In this document: positions 1 through 12,780 of the stretch, piece by piece | How positions within the stretch are numbered: position 1 is the first letter of the stretch | How the letters are laid out: each line of letters opens with the position of its first letter | Source of the DNA: Oopsacas minuta | Lineage: Eukaryota; Animalia; Porifera | Length of the DNA stretch: 64,000 nucleotides | Direction: 5' to 3' | NCBI GenBank assembly: GCA_024704765.1 | Contig: JAKMXF010000359.1 | Coordinates: forward strand, 7,381-71,380 | The notes under the pieces: generated by a model | What the model was told of the DNA's origin: nothing | Database searches by the model: none | What the model saw: only the letters and a program-made list of their open reading frames with translations | Translations under genes and position numbers: made by a program

Positions 1-2400
1 CCGACATACGAACATTCGACCTACGAACATTCGTAGATACGAACAGAATAGTTATTTTCATATTTACTCACTGTGTACAGTAAACTACAAACTTGTGGTC
101 ACTACCAAACCCGCACAGGGCCGCATCACATAGAAAATACAGAATTAAGAATAGCTACGACAATGCAGCTTCATTATGATTGCACAATGGACATTCACCT
201 TACAATGCGGCAATGCATTTTTATGAAAAATTCGTTTTGCGGGTTTAGGAACTATTGTATAGAAGTAGGCCTATTGTAATTTGTAACTATTGTATATTTT
301 AGAAGAAAATATACGGCATTGATCTTTGTCAAATATTTGAGGCATCGTTTACTCAGAATGGATAGTAAGAAGCGTAAGGCGAGTGATGCTAGTGGTAATG
401 CTAAAAAACGTCATGCTATCTCGATGGAAACAAAAGTGGCAATAATAAAAAAGCTAGATAGTGGTGAAAAAATGGTGAATGTAGCCCGCGCTTACAGTAT
501 GAATCGTTCCACCATTGGTACGATATACAAATGCAAAGATCGTGTTATGGAACACGTGAAAAGTGCAGTGCCTATGCAGTCTACTATTATTAGCAAGAAG
601 AGGGTAAACTATTAGAAGAAATGGAAAACCTTCTCGGTCTTTGGATGGAGCACCAGTGGCAGCGTCATGTAGGACTTAGCTTCATGCTGATTCAGGAGAA
701 GACTAAGTCAATTTTTGAAGATTTGAAGGCTAAAGCTGGTGAAAATGCAGAAGAGGAGACTTTTGCTGCAAGTCATGGATGGTTCCAACGCTTCAAGAAA
801 CGAGCAAACTTGCATCGTGTTTCTGCATTGGGTGAAACAGCAAGTGCCGACAAAGTGGCTGTCGAAAATTTCCAGTTATCTTGAAAGATATCATCAATCT
901 GGTGGTTATGCTCCTCAGCAAATTTTCAATGTGGACGAGACTGGTCTTTTCTGGAAATAATGCCTCAGAAAACGTATATTAGCCGTGAAGAGAAGACGAT
1001 GCCAGGCTTTAAGGCTGCGAAGGATAGGTTAACCTTGATGTTGGGCGGCAATACATCAGAAGACTTCCAGCTTAAACCACTATTAGTCTACCGAGCTGAG
1101 AATCCACGGGCGTTCAAGAATATTACGAAAAGTTCACTTCCTGTAATTTGGAAGTCTAATACAAAGGCCTGGGTGACACTCGTTGTATTCGAGGACTGGT
1201 TTCTCAACCACTTCATTCCCGAGGTCAAGCTGTATTGCTGGAAATGGAAATCCCTTTCAAGATCCTCCTGCTTTTAGATATCGCACCTGGTCATCCTCCA
1301 CACTTGGATGATTTTTGCCCTGATGTGAAAGTTGTTTACCTTCCCCCTAACACAACTTCACTCCTTCAACCAATAGTTCAAGGTGTCATTGCAAATTTAA
1401 GAAATATTACACACGGCGTACCTTCAGGCAAGCATTGAAGGCAGTGGAAGATGATCATAATACGACCTTAACTGACTTTTGGAAGACATTTAACATCTAC
1501 ATGTGTGTCAAACACATTGATGCTGCATGGCATGAAGTTTCACAGACCAACATAAGCGGTGTTTGGAAGTTTTTGTGTCCACAGTTTGTCAACAATTTTC
1601 AAGGATTTCAACAAGAAGAGGACAAGAAATCCTTGAAAACCTTGTCGAAATATTTAAAAAGCTTGACATTGACTTGGATGAAGAGGACTTCGAAGAGCTG
1701 TCCGAGTCACATTCACTGGAATTGACAAATGAGGAACTAATGGAATTGGAAGCCATGCAAAGACAATCTGAACAAGAAAACGAAGAAGAGATTCTTCCTA
1801 TAAAGAAATTTGAAACATAGATGATGGCCGAGGGGTTTAGTCTTGTCGAGAAAGCTCTCGCTATTTTCGAGAATCAGGATCCAAATAATGAGAGATTTTC
1901 AAAAGTAGCAACAAGTGTCCGCGATTCCTTCCAATGTTATCGCATCAGCTACAATGAAAAGAGAAGAAAGACTACCAAACCTCCTTAGACCAATTCTTCA
2001 AGAAGCGTGATGATCCTCGTGAAAACATCAATTCGGTGATGGAAAATCTCCTTGAAAATGTAGAGGCAATGCCTTCAAACATATGTGTTTCGTCTCCACT
2101 GCCCTCTTCATTATATGATCCCTCCGATGTTGATGGACCGTTGTAACACTTAAATATAGCCTACTGTAGTGTATCCTGTATGTAAATATGTTCTGTGTTT
2201 CAAAATATTTTATTTTTGTCTTTCAATAAGATATCTATTATCAACTTGCATATCTGTTGTGTATAATGATGTAGAGGATGGTTTAGTAGGGATATATTGT
2301 GCTCAGCACCACAAAACAATACTGTATCAACTTACGACAATTCGAGGTCCGAACGCCCGTCCGGACCGTAGCTCGTTCGTAAGCTGCGGAGTGTCTCTAC
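1..2400 (+). mobile_element. Tigger/pogo-family DNA transposon, decayed; left end lies outside the window
   Basis: Frameshifted ORF pieces from 358 to about 1820 give the CENP-B-type HTH (KKRHAISMETKVAIIKKLDSGEK, FAASHGWFQRFKKR) and DDE_1 motifs (IFNVDETGLFWK, KDRLTL, LLLLDIAPGHP, LPPNTTSLLQP). TTACGAAC-type subterminal repeats occur at both ends. Confidence 0.9.
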
Positions 2401-3066
2401 TTCCTTGATAGACATGATGAATACATAGTTGTGGGACAATTTCATAGTTGCTTACCGTGAATCCTTTCCTTGACCACAGACAGACCAACACACAACACAT
2501 ACAAAAACATGATCACAAACAGACAACAATTGTGTTTTATTTATTTATATATATACTGAAATATAGAGCCTACGTAAAATCTGGTTGTTACTCAATGATA
2601 TTTCAATATATTTCTCAACACTTTGAACACTAATAATTTACCGAAGCAAGCCACCCTATCCACCCCCTAGAAAAGCAACTATCCCTGTACAACGAGAAGT
2701 AGTTTAATAATCTGTCACCTTTTTCTGTCCTTGCTTGTTGCAAACTAGTATAAACGGAGTAAGTATTAGAGGTTCAAATGACATATGCCCATTTGTTATT
2801 GGGCGACAATTTTTTTCTGCCACTTAGGGATTTGTTTCTGTACTCCACTACTGACAATATTCCCTCTTACCGATAGTGCTAGTGCTTACTTTCGGATTAC
2901 CCAACCGAATCCTATGAATGTTTTAATATAGTAACTGTTTATAGTAGGGGATATTTTTGCTAATGGAAATATGCATTGTTAATCTCAGTGTGTTGTTTTC
3001 CTTCGTAGCTCATGTAACTTTTCTCCAATTTCTACTATATTTTGAATACCATTATGTATATTTTAG

Positions 3067-3382
3067 GAAATGTCATTGTTGAAAACTTGCCCATACAAAG
3101 AATTGGATCTAAGAAGTTAAAACATTTGGAAAAGAGGGAGGAAGCTAGGCGTCTATTGAAAACTAAAGTACTCTTAGATACACAAAAGATTCATCATAAT
3201 ATTCAGACATTGCAACAAAGATGTTCAAGAGAACGTGAGTCTGATATTGATAGACTTTCTCAAATATCTGAGAAACGAAACAATGAGGAATCTATCTGTA
3301 GAATTCTTGCAGGAGAAATAGAATTGGTTGGAGAGGGATTTGATGAAAATTCCAAAGAGCTTTGTATTACCGACTTATTAAG
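3067..3382 (+). CDS. DDRGK1: DDRGK1/UFBP1 internal coding exon
   Basis: RIGSKKLKHLEKREEARR resembles DDRGK1 KIGAKKLRKLEEKQARK, and IELVGEGFDE resembles FVVEEEG. Acceptor ttttag ends at 3066 and donor AG|gtaat starts at 3383 (phase 2). It joins in frame to the exon at 22737. The upstream exon(s) were not found. Confidence 0.8.
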
Positions 3383-5067
3383 GTAATATTATGTTCGATA
3401 CAGTGGCACCGCCTAATCTGACACTCAATTCGACATGAAATAGTGTCTGATAGTTTATTGTCCAATTATCAGTAGAGATTTCTTTTGTCATATATATAAT
3501 ATGCCAGGAGATTCTTTAGGCTGATCGTGAAATACGAGATTTTACCGTAATCAATGTATATACATTCGACAGTAATAACTAATTTGATTTTGAATTCTCT
3601 CGAATACCTTTCTTCTGATATTTCGGGATTCTAGATTGTATTTCAATATTTTTCCCAATTTTTGAAAAGGTATTGCCCTAATGGCCATTGTAGTTGCTAA
3701 ATGTCTATCTAATCTTGTTTTGGGTTCGCGGGATGCAACTGTTGTCAACATTGTTACAATATTGTTGTGATAGTATTTTTTGTTTTATGAGTATTTTGAA
3801 CACTGGTTTCTACTTGTTGTGTAGGTATTTAGGTCCCTGTATTAATCTTGTATGGTTTTTTAACTCTGTTTTTAAGTTGTTTAGTTATTTTGAACACTTT
3901 ATCTAGATTTTGCAGTCGGCAGCAAAAAAATTTTTGCAGGGCGTTGTACATTGTATTGGCGCGGAATTTTTCACATCTGACCATTAATTATAATAGGAAT
4001 TCTAAATTTTTGGTGCGGCGAGCGCCCCACCTGCCCCACCTGCTCCTACTGCCCTGTGTATTTGGTCCAGACGGACCATGACAACTCTGTTCAAATATTT
4101 CGTGACATGCCTTTTGACAAACACGATGCAACTAGTGAATAATGTATCTATTTATATGAAATAGCAAATCTTAAAATCTTAAAACTGTGGGGCGATGCCA
4201 CACACCCCTAGAAACGTAACGGCATATCATGTCTTGTGGTTAGGCCACTGTTAATGAGAAACTTGTTTTAACGACATGAGATTCACCTGAGCTTGCATGC
4301 GGGTGAACTTTTCATTTTCATTGTCTCATTATTTGGTAACTTATCAAAGGGAAATGTGTCCATTCATTATGAATGTTAATATTACAAAAGTAAAATTTGA
4401 TAAACGTATATGCTATCCGGACCAAGTAATCTCCATTGTCATATTATCTGGTTAATACATAGATGTTGTTGTTGACTTCCATGAAAATTGTCATAAATTT
4501 TTGCCTAAATTTATCTATAACAATTTGTAAATACGATATAACTTCTAATACTTGTTTTTTATCATAGAAGGCACTATAAATATTATATTTATTTAATATT
4601 ATTGCCACAGAATTTTATTCCCGAATTTAGCTTGTTATCGTTACTAATAACTATCGGTATCAAGTGTATGTGATTTGTGAAATTATTAGCATTGGCCAAT
4701 CGACCAATTTATTCTGATTTTAATATAACGAGCCGAAATTTTGCAATATTTTGAACGATATCGGATACAAAGAAGTATCATCAAATTTGATGAACTTTAC
4801 CTAGGGTTATCAAAAGTTAGTGACCTGAAAATAAGCTCATCAAAAAGATTGAGCCTAAATCTTAGATGACATCGAATCTAACTTCAATCTATGGTTTATT
4901 CGCAATATGGCTGTATTACAATAAGGAATGGTAAAATAACGATGATAATGATAATAATGATATTCGTGCGGTAGGTAAATCAGATGCGGACGGTGGAACT
5001 AAAAGTTGTTTCCAAATAACAGTGGCCTTACATAATTCGGAGAAGATGAAGGCATTATATCTGCTAC

Positions 5068-7082
5068 TTAACTACTATACTTGCTAAGTCTCTGTTTAAG
5101 CCTAGCTTCGTACGTTTGAGTACAAAACCCATACTTCTTATCTTCTTCCATCGATAAGCCAGGTTCCCTACCATAAATCAAGCTATATGGTGTAGTCCTA
5201 ATGGAAGATTGAACAGAGGTGTTATATGCATATTTAATTAAGGGTAAATATTCGTCCCATTGATCTTCCCTGTCCATATATGTACGCAACGTATCCAACA
5301 TTATACGGTTCGATCTCTCCACCAAACCATCCCCTTGGGGGTGATATGGACTTGTGTGAGCTTTTTACACCGAATGAGCTAAATAATTCCGAGACTATGC
5401 ACTCTCAAAATTTCTCCCCTGATCAATATGTAATTCTTTCGGAATACAAATAAGGCAAATCAGAGTCCTTAAGAGCCAAATTATATGTGCTGTTTGGTAT
5501 GGAATAGGAAACGCGTCCAACCATATGGTGAAATACTCCTGAACCACTAAGATATACTTGTTCCCATGTGCATTTATAGGTACTTCTAAGACATCAACTA
5601 CGATTCTTTGCCAAGGGTTCCCCGCTAGAGGGATAACTACAGGAGCTTTTACTGGCCTAAGCTGATTGGCAATCATACATTTGTCACATGTTCTGTAAAA
5701 TTGTCTAACATCCCATGCCATTCCAAACCCAAATGCATTATTTTTAAGCCTCTCAAACGTTTTCCGCCATCCGAAATGGCCAGAACAAGTTATATCATGG
5801 TTCTTATGTAAGACAAATTTCTTCAATTTGGTAGGAACAAAAATTCCAGTTCTTCTTTCACCAATCCATTAACTCTATATTTCCTGTCAGCAACCCATTT
5901 TCCAACGTGACTTACTTCCATATACGAGAAAAACGCTCAGTAATGTTGGATGCGGAATCTCTTTGTGCTCTTTTATATTGTAATTGTTTGACTTGACTCA
6001 AAAGGAGATCCTTATCTTGAGCTTACCGCCAGTTTTCAAGATCTATGTCGTCTGTGAACTCTGTAACTCCATTAGAGCTTATTTCAACCTCTGGAATTCG
6101 AGAAAGGGTATCAGTATTCGTGTTCTTGATCCTTTATGATATTCTATACAAAATCAAATTCTTGTGTTTTCAAAGCCCACCTACATAGTCATCCTTCCAT
6201 TTTTTGTGCGTGCAGCCCCTTTAAAGGACTATGATCTGTCACTACTTTAAACTGACGCCCCAACACGTGATGACGAAACTGTTTATTTTCAAATACTATT
6301 GCAAGACACTCCTATGAATCTAATCTAGTAACTTTTGGGCATCAATAACATCATTTGGAATTGGCTACATTTGAATTACCTCAATTTTTGAAGGGCCCAG
6401 TGACTGGCCTTGAGACCAAAATATACTACCAAGATAACGAACACTTGATTTCACTATAAAGCATTTCTTTCCTCTAAGGGTGAGGTTTGCCTCCCTGAGC
6501 CTTTTGAAAACATCTCTCAAGTCTACAACATGATCTTTCATACACTAGAAATTACTATAATATCATCTATAAATACTTTAGCACTCTAAAATCCGCGTAT
6601 AATTGACTACATCATTCTTTGAAACTGACTTGGTCCATTGCAAACACCAAATGGCATTCAAACAAACTCATATAGTCCCATCCTCGGTCCAGCACTAAAT
6701 ACAGTTTTGTGTATATCATCTGGTAGAGTTAAAGTATGCGCATCCTTTACTGTTCTCTTATTTAGTTCTCTATAGTCAAGACAGATATGCAAACTACCGT
6801 CCTTCTTTGTAACGTAAACAAATGGAGCACCCATTGGACTATTGCTTTCCAATTCACTTCCGCTTCGAGCATAATTCGTAATTGGTGTTCGACTTGTTAC
6901 TGATAATGTTCTGGTATTCAACAAGGAGGTACCCTAACTGGTTTTTTTCTTCGGTACAGATTCGGTGGTATGACATCTTAGGTTAAACAGGAGTAGTGGG
7001 GAAACGATCTTTAAATACTTTCAGACACTCTAGTAGTTCAAAATCGATTTTACTATCTTATTTCGGAATGTAACACTCATCG
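5068..7082 (-). mobile_element. Ty3/Gypsy pol remnant (RT to integrase), degraded
   Basis: RT motif VYVTKKDGSLHICLDYRELN; integrase Zn finger HDITCSGHFG; integrase core PWQRIVVDVL, YILVVQEYFT, HPQGDGLVERSNR. Many stops and frameshifts. Cut at 7082 by a Transib terminus. Confidence 0.9.
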
Positions 7083-10000
7083 CACAGTACCATGAAATGG
7101 CTAAAACCTGGAAGTAAGTATTAGGGTACTAGATAACGTATTCAACTATATTACTGACATATGGGGAATCGTACCCAAGGAATTGATTAACATAACTGGA
7201 TTATTTCTAAGTCTTTGGGTGTACAAGTAATGACGTCATTGTCACATTCAACAATATTTTGATTTTTTATCAATTTTAATCAAGCAAATTTATGAGCCAT
7301 AGGTTCAGAAAATGAATGTTTTATGTTTTGATATTATTACCACTATTAAATGTACTTTTATCAACTTATGAAACCACATTTCTTGTTGAAAAGATAACCG
7401 TTCATTGAACTAGAAATTATAACGTCTTTATAATTAGGCAGTTCACCAAACTATCTTACAGCTCTTTAACTCAGATAGATCTGGCTCCGAATCTTTTTGA
7501 TAATATTACGAAATGATGCTAATATTGGACCACTTTGAGAGATAAACCTGACGAACACATCCTCAACGTTGTCCTCAAAGCTAAATTTTCTTGAGAATCT
7601 CTCACGATATCGCCTGACCAATTTATTCCAAGACTCAAGGCCTTCTTCAAACTAATCTTCTAAAACAAACCCATCATTATGATCTGCAATTATTTGTGGT
7701 GCATAGGCTAGAAGTTTATGTAGAGTAGGAATTGCATATGCCCATGAAAAATTGATCAAAATGGATTCGTAAGTCTCTCGGCATACATTATCAAGGCCTT
7801 CAGTGTCCACTTTCCTGTTGCTATTATCCAATCTCAGGATAGCACTCAAATTATTAAAAATTGTAATGACAACTGGATGTTTTTCTTGAGGAACAACCGT
7901 CAATATCGAATAGAGAAAATCTTGCACAGTATCCTCGCTACGTGCGAAGCATCTCCGAACAACATTTCCCGTTGTGGTGGTTCCACCTTGTGCTGATGGT
8001 ATGTCAATGGAAAACTAAGTTATTCTTCAATGAGGCTAGTAATAAATTACTTGACCCTTAACAATTTTTGGTGAAGTTGGTGGCCAATTTGGAGTAGGGC
8101 ACCACACTGTAGATGGGAAATCAATAATAGGAACCATCTAAATGTGCTCTAATAAGCATGTGGAGGAGAAGCTGATATGATATCTTTTTCTGAGATCGGT
8201 TTATGTGTAAATTGAATCTTTTATTTGTTGGCAAAGACGAAAATTCTTCCTCACCAACCTCGCCAAATACATCACGTGCATCATGGATTAACTTATTTAT
8301 GGGTAAGCCATTTTGAACTATGTTAATATGGTCTATCTGTTGGAACGTTGCAGTACACATTTGACAATTAGCACCACCAGCACCGCTTAAGAATTTTGCC
8401 ATCTTTGTATAGAAATGAGATCTTATGATCTTGACCTCTGCATTGCCATTGTGTAAACACAAGCCACTTTCTTCAATAGTTGAAGTTTAGTTATTTATTA
8501 ATGAGTCCATTAAAAACTTGACACTCTCTTCATTTTCTAGAAGGGCTAAGAGGGCAACTGGTCGAGTGCAAAATGGTGAACTCGGATGATGAGGTTTCCA
8601 TAGGATATGATCGTTTGCATTAATGATTGCGTCAACTTTGAAACCAATTAATGAAAGGTTTTAGTCGAGAGGTCAAGGTTAGATATAGCTTGCTAGTAAA
8701 CTCGTTGACACTCAGATCCATCTAAGCCGTCGGATACTCAAACTTTAAGAGGATAGACTAGGGCATGTTTGTTTCATAAGCTTATAAAAAATTCTGAAAT
8801 CTAAGAATTCAAGAAATTTTGACGACACATTTTCTCACAGTAGAAGAGTGTTGATTATTTAATGGCATCTTTGTAAAATACGTGACAAGAATATATATAT
8901 CTTTATAAATTATAAGCTGAATTTTTTAAACACAAGCATAAAATAGTAAACTACTGTACGTTATCATTATATCGCTAAGCAACCATAATATATATATAAT
9001 TTTGAAAGAGAAGTTGTAAAAATATTAGATAAATTCAAAAGTTCAAGTAATTGAAACTATACTGGGACGAATTTTCGGGAACCTGGAAATTGCTATATTT
9101 TAAAGAGAATTCAAAATGCTATATTATAAAACTCAGGAGATAACTTGACAGAACGCAACAGATGAAGTTTTGAGACTTCGAAGTTGAGTGACGACAGAAA
9201 TATCTAACAGAAAAATGTATCAATATATTTGAGCTATTTTAAGGAATATTATTAGAAGTTCGCTTATATAATCATTATAATAAGAGAGTAGTCGAGAGTG
9301 CAATGGAATGAAGTCTTTGGAATGTATTAGTTGCTTAGATACTGGAATATAAGTTCATTGATATTAATGAATATATGCAGTTTTCAAGAATATTTTCTGA
9401 GCAAGAAATTGTCAAAGCTTATATACTTTCCAATTATTGCTAAGCTAAATGATGAATAACTACAATTATTAGATATTTCAAGTAGGATATTTCTCTTTCC
9501 AATGAACATTAAATGGCTACTAAATATCAGATTGAAATTTTGAAAATTTCCAGGGGGTGTGCCACGATGGAGTACCTGACCCATAAAGCCCATCTGACAA
9601 TTCTACATTGAGAGGATGTTGTGAATCTAAATCGAATCTAAATCGAATCTAAGCTCTTCAGGATACGTTGAATAGTGAGAGAAAGAATTGAATGATAAGA
9701 TATTGATATTCCAAGATCATTCCTTTTTCGGGAGGATTCCATAGATTTTTGAACTGCATTGAATTTGTGACGAAGTATTTGGCTGTCCTACTACAAAAGA
9801 TTGTGATTTTCGATTAGAATACGGATAGATTTAGTGATACCTCTATCGTTGGTCACAAAAGTATCATAGGCTCCCTTGTTTGTTATATATTCACTCATTT
9901 GTGAAATTGTAGACTAAAATCCAAATTCTAGTCATTATTATGTAAGCGATATCAATACACAGTATTATAAACCGATATTCATTTTAGAATAGAATAGAAT

Positions 10001-10594
10001 TTGGCACAGTGGCTCTGTTGTATAAAAGGGGAGAAAACATGTTTTGTCAATTTATTGAATCCAATTATCATTTGCCATGGAAATATATTTTGGCACCTTT
10101 AGGCAGGTCTAGAAATTATTGAAACAAATCTTATATTCATGAACAATACAAAAATACTAAAGTTCAAACTTGCGATTGTTTGCAGTCTAAGATCGGCGAC
10201 TAGAAACTTTGGGCACTTATGAGGAAGTTATCTAAATGTAGGCCAACAAAGAAATTCATAAAAATTATATGTGGTGTTTGCTCGTGGTTGAAAATAGTTC
10301 AAATCAATTATAAATTGTATGTCAAAACAGATATGCGATAATGCAGATCACATTAGGAGACTTGTATCCAAAGTTAGTAACAACTTTGAGCAAAAGGTAT
10401 TTGCGGTTTTTGAGGTCGGAAATTACTATATCATGCGTATGTTTGAAGCTTTTCATTGGCATGTTATAATTGTACAAGGCAACTAATAATATCATAATTC
10501 TTGGGTAGAAATAGTGTAGAATCGAATAAAAGCATTAAATTTGATAAAAATTTAAGTCATATTTTCACCTATTACCAGATGGTTCCACACTGTG
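7083..10594 (-). mobile_element. Transib/RAG1-like element B, left copy (decayed transposase, both termini present)
   Basis: Termini are CACAGTA at 7083 and CACTGTG at 10588-10594. Remnants include DGLDGS, SGAGGANCQMC, PTLHKLLAY and EEGLESWNKLVRRYR, collinear with the 48494 ORF. There is no TSD (catcg vs tgcta). Confidence 0.8.
7440..10594. repeat. Left arm of a 3.15-kb near-perfect inverted repeat (partner 17283-20437)
   Basis: Paired coordinates sum to 27877 at every point checked. Three ORFs are duplicated identically on opposite strands (7652/20225, 8121/19756, 9384/18493). Few mismatches were seen (10126, 10447, 10582, 10590, 10592). Confidence 0.97.
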
Positions 10595-11699
10595 TGCTAG
10601 TATACCTGCTGTACTCCTAAGACTGACAGCGTTTGATGGGCTTTCGTTTAATATACTTGCTACTTTTTCTGCCTTGAGGCAATCTCTTGCTGCAGTCGGC
10701 ACGTTTTACCTAAATCTGTTTCAGGATAAGAGATCAAGTACCAAACTACATCTATAGGCCAAAAAATTGCTCTCTAATTTCTTCAATCAATTCCGTAAAT
10801 GCAAACATGTATATACACTTATAACACATATACAGAATATTGCGTTACAATTGTATAGATGTCCAAAGTGAGATTCTTATTTAGCCATAACGTGGTTCTG
10901 TGGACAATAATGTATTTTATAGTATATCTACATGTAAGTGGCGTAAATTATGTCTTAAGTTTAGTAATGGGGCGTTGTTTTATGGACTTTGGTAGAAAAT
11001 TCCAATGATGACATTTTGATATCCACCGCTATTCTCTGGGAGCACATACAATTGACTTATTTCAATCATTACTAATATGCTTCAGAAACCTCTGAGACCA
11101 GTTGACATAGTTCGGGCGAAATCTCTCTAGTATTATTTGCCTTATAATCTGATCAGCTTCTATTCGCTTTCGATTGAATAATTCATAAATCTTTGTATGC
11201 CCAGTTTCCTGATTAATAGATCATAATAATTTTCACTAAACATTACTTTCACATGATGAATGATCCTGATCAGGCTCATAAAATAGGAATGGGATTGATA
11301 AAAGATCCCGATTTGGCTCATACCAGGATTACTAACATCCGTATTGGGAGCACTTACTAACATCTAAATCATATCATAGCAAGTATATTTGTACTATGAT
11401 TTCATTTTATATCTTATAAGGCATTATAACTACCAATCAGGTGGCAGGACAATTTAAAGTGAATTATAAGTGGCTTGCTAGGTGGCGATACCCATCAAAC
11501 CCTGAACTTGTTGGCTTGGTTATGCCCTAAAATATATACCTCATATAGAGAATTTAACTATAAGTAAATAGTTTACGTAAATGGTGGATAATAGCAACAA
11601 AATGCATTTTGGTGGCTTAGATTAGCAACCCACGTGAGGGGCGTCAGGTTACCATAATAGTGGGGGCGCGGTTATACTCATTTCCCATTTTACCTTTTA

Positions 11700-12780
11700 C
11701 TTAATATTGGGGTACATGTAAAGAATTCAGAAAAGAATGGTATATTTCGATCCGTTACGAGTTTGAAACTCAGAAGACGACAAATTTGAAAGTCAAATGT
11801 GCGTCCCATTTGCTCAACGAGATGGATTCTAAGATACCCAGCAGTAGATACAATTTTAGAGAATTCCGAGATTTTCTTGACTTCCTAAGCATCTCTAATA
11901 ATAATGAAAACAAGGTTCATGGATATGTTAGAGAACTTCAACGCTTTGAAGTCTATTTCAGGGTACGCATTCTACATCATATCTTTGGTCAAGTATACCC
12001 AGTTCACAGGTCAATCCAATCAGAATCAATGTAATTGGGAGTGTTAATCATATAATAACTGCACTTAAAGCTGCACTGAGAATAGACAGAGAATCTGTAG
12101 ATCTTTTCATTGTATTCAGGGCCAGCTGCAAGACTTCAGCATTGAGTATGGGTATTGAATTTCCTGCAGTTTCTCCAGGTCTCGCGACTAGGCTGAATAG
12201 AGGAAACAGGGTGGGCTGGGAAATTAATTATGAAGTTGTTGACAACTATTACCATGGCATTTGGACAAAGATGTATAACTCTCTTGTAGTATCGCCGACA
12301 AAGCGTTTTTAAGGTAAGGCAATTGAAATTGCATTTTCAAGAGATTCTGTCTAATATTGGTGAAGATCCTAATTTTGAATTCACAAGCTCACTCATGGAA
12401 CTCTACACCTCAGATCTTAATTAGAACTTTTGAAGATACAGATGATACAATGGTATCGTGTTGGTTATATATCCAATCTTACCAAACACACGACTGATCT
12501 GCAGTACCTTCACACGTATCTTTCTGAAAACTCTGACTTTCACTCATGTGGCCCAACTTGGTATCTTCCATCAAGCTTTACCTTGCACTTCATGTACGGC
12601 CGAACGAGGATATAGCTGCCTAAGACGTATACAAATGCATCTTCGCAGCACTGTGAAGGAAGATAGATTGAATGCATGCGCTTTATACAACATGCATACA
12701 GAAACTTGGACCAACTTGATCTTGACACATTCACTGAAAAATGGATTAAGACGATTGAGGCCAGGGTAGATCGAGCGGTG
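11700..12780 (+). pseudogene. hAT transposase remnant (ZMYM1/THAP12-like)
   Basis: hAT dimerisation motif CTSCTAERGYSCLRRIQMHLRSTVKEDRLNACAL. Multiple disruptions. Confidence 0.75.

Noticed and set aside
2963-3066. First DDRGK1 exon encoding a hydrophobic N-terminus (MEICIVNLSVLFSF...)
   Set aside because: The available GT donors give phase 0, but the 3067 acceptor needs phase 1; no in-frame join was found.
9384-9593. Duplicated 69-aa ORF (also 18284-18493) as a conserved small gene
   Set aside because: The identity is explained by the inverted duplication; no recognisable motif.
7078-10599. Target-site duplication for Transib B or for the 590-bp unit
   Set aside because: The flanks catcg/tgcta and tttgg/tgcta do not match, so a clean recent insertion is not claimed.
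10595-10800. Continuation of the Gypsy element (protease) beyond Transib B
   Set aside because: Only a vague DVV.G-like match that needs frameshifts, and no TSD links the two sides.
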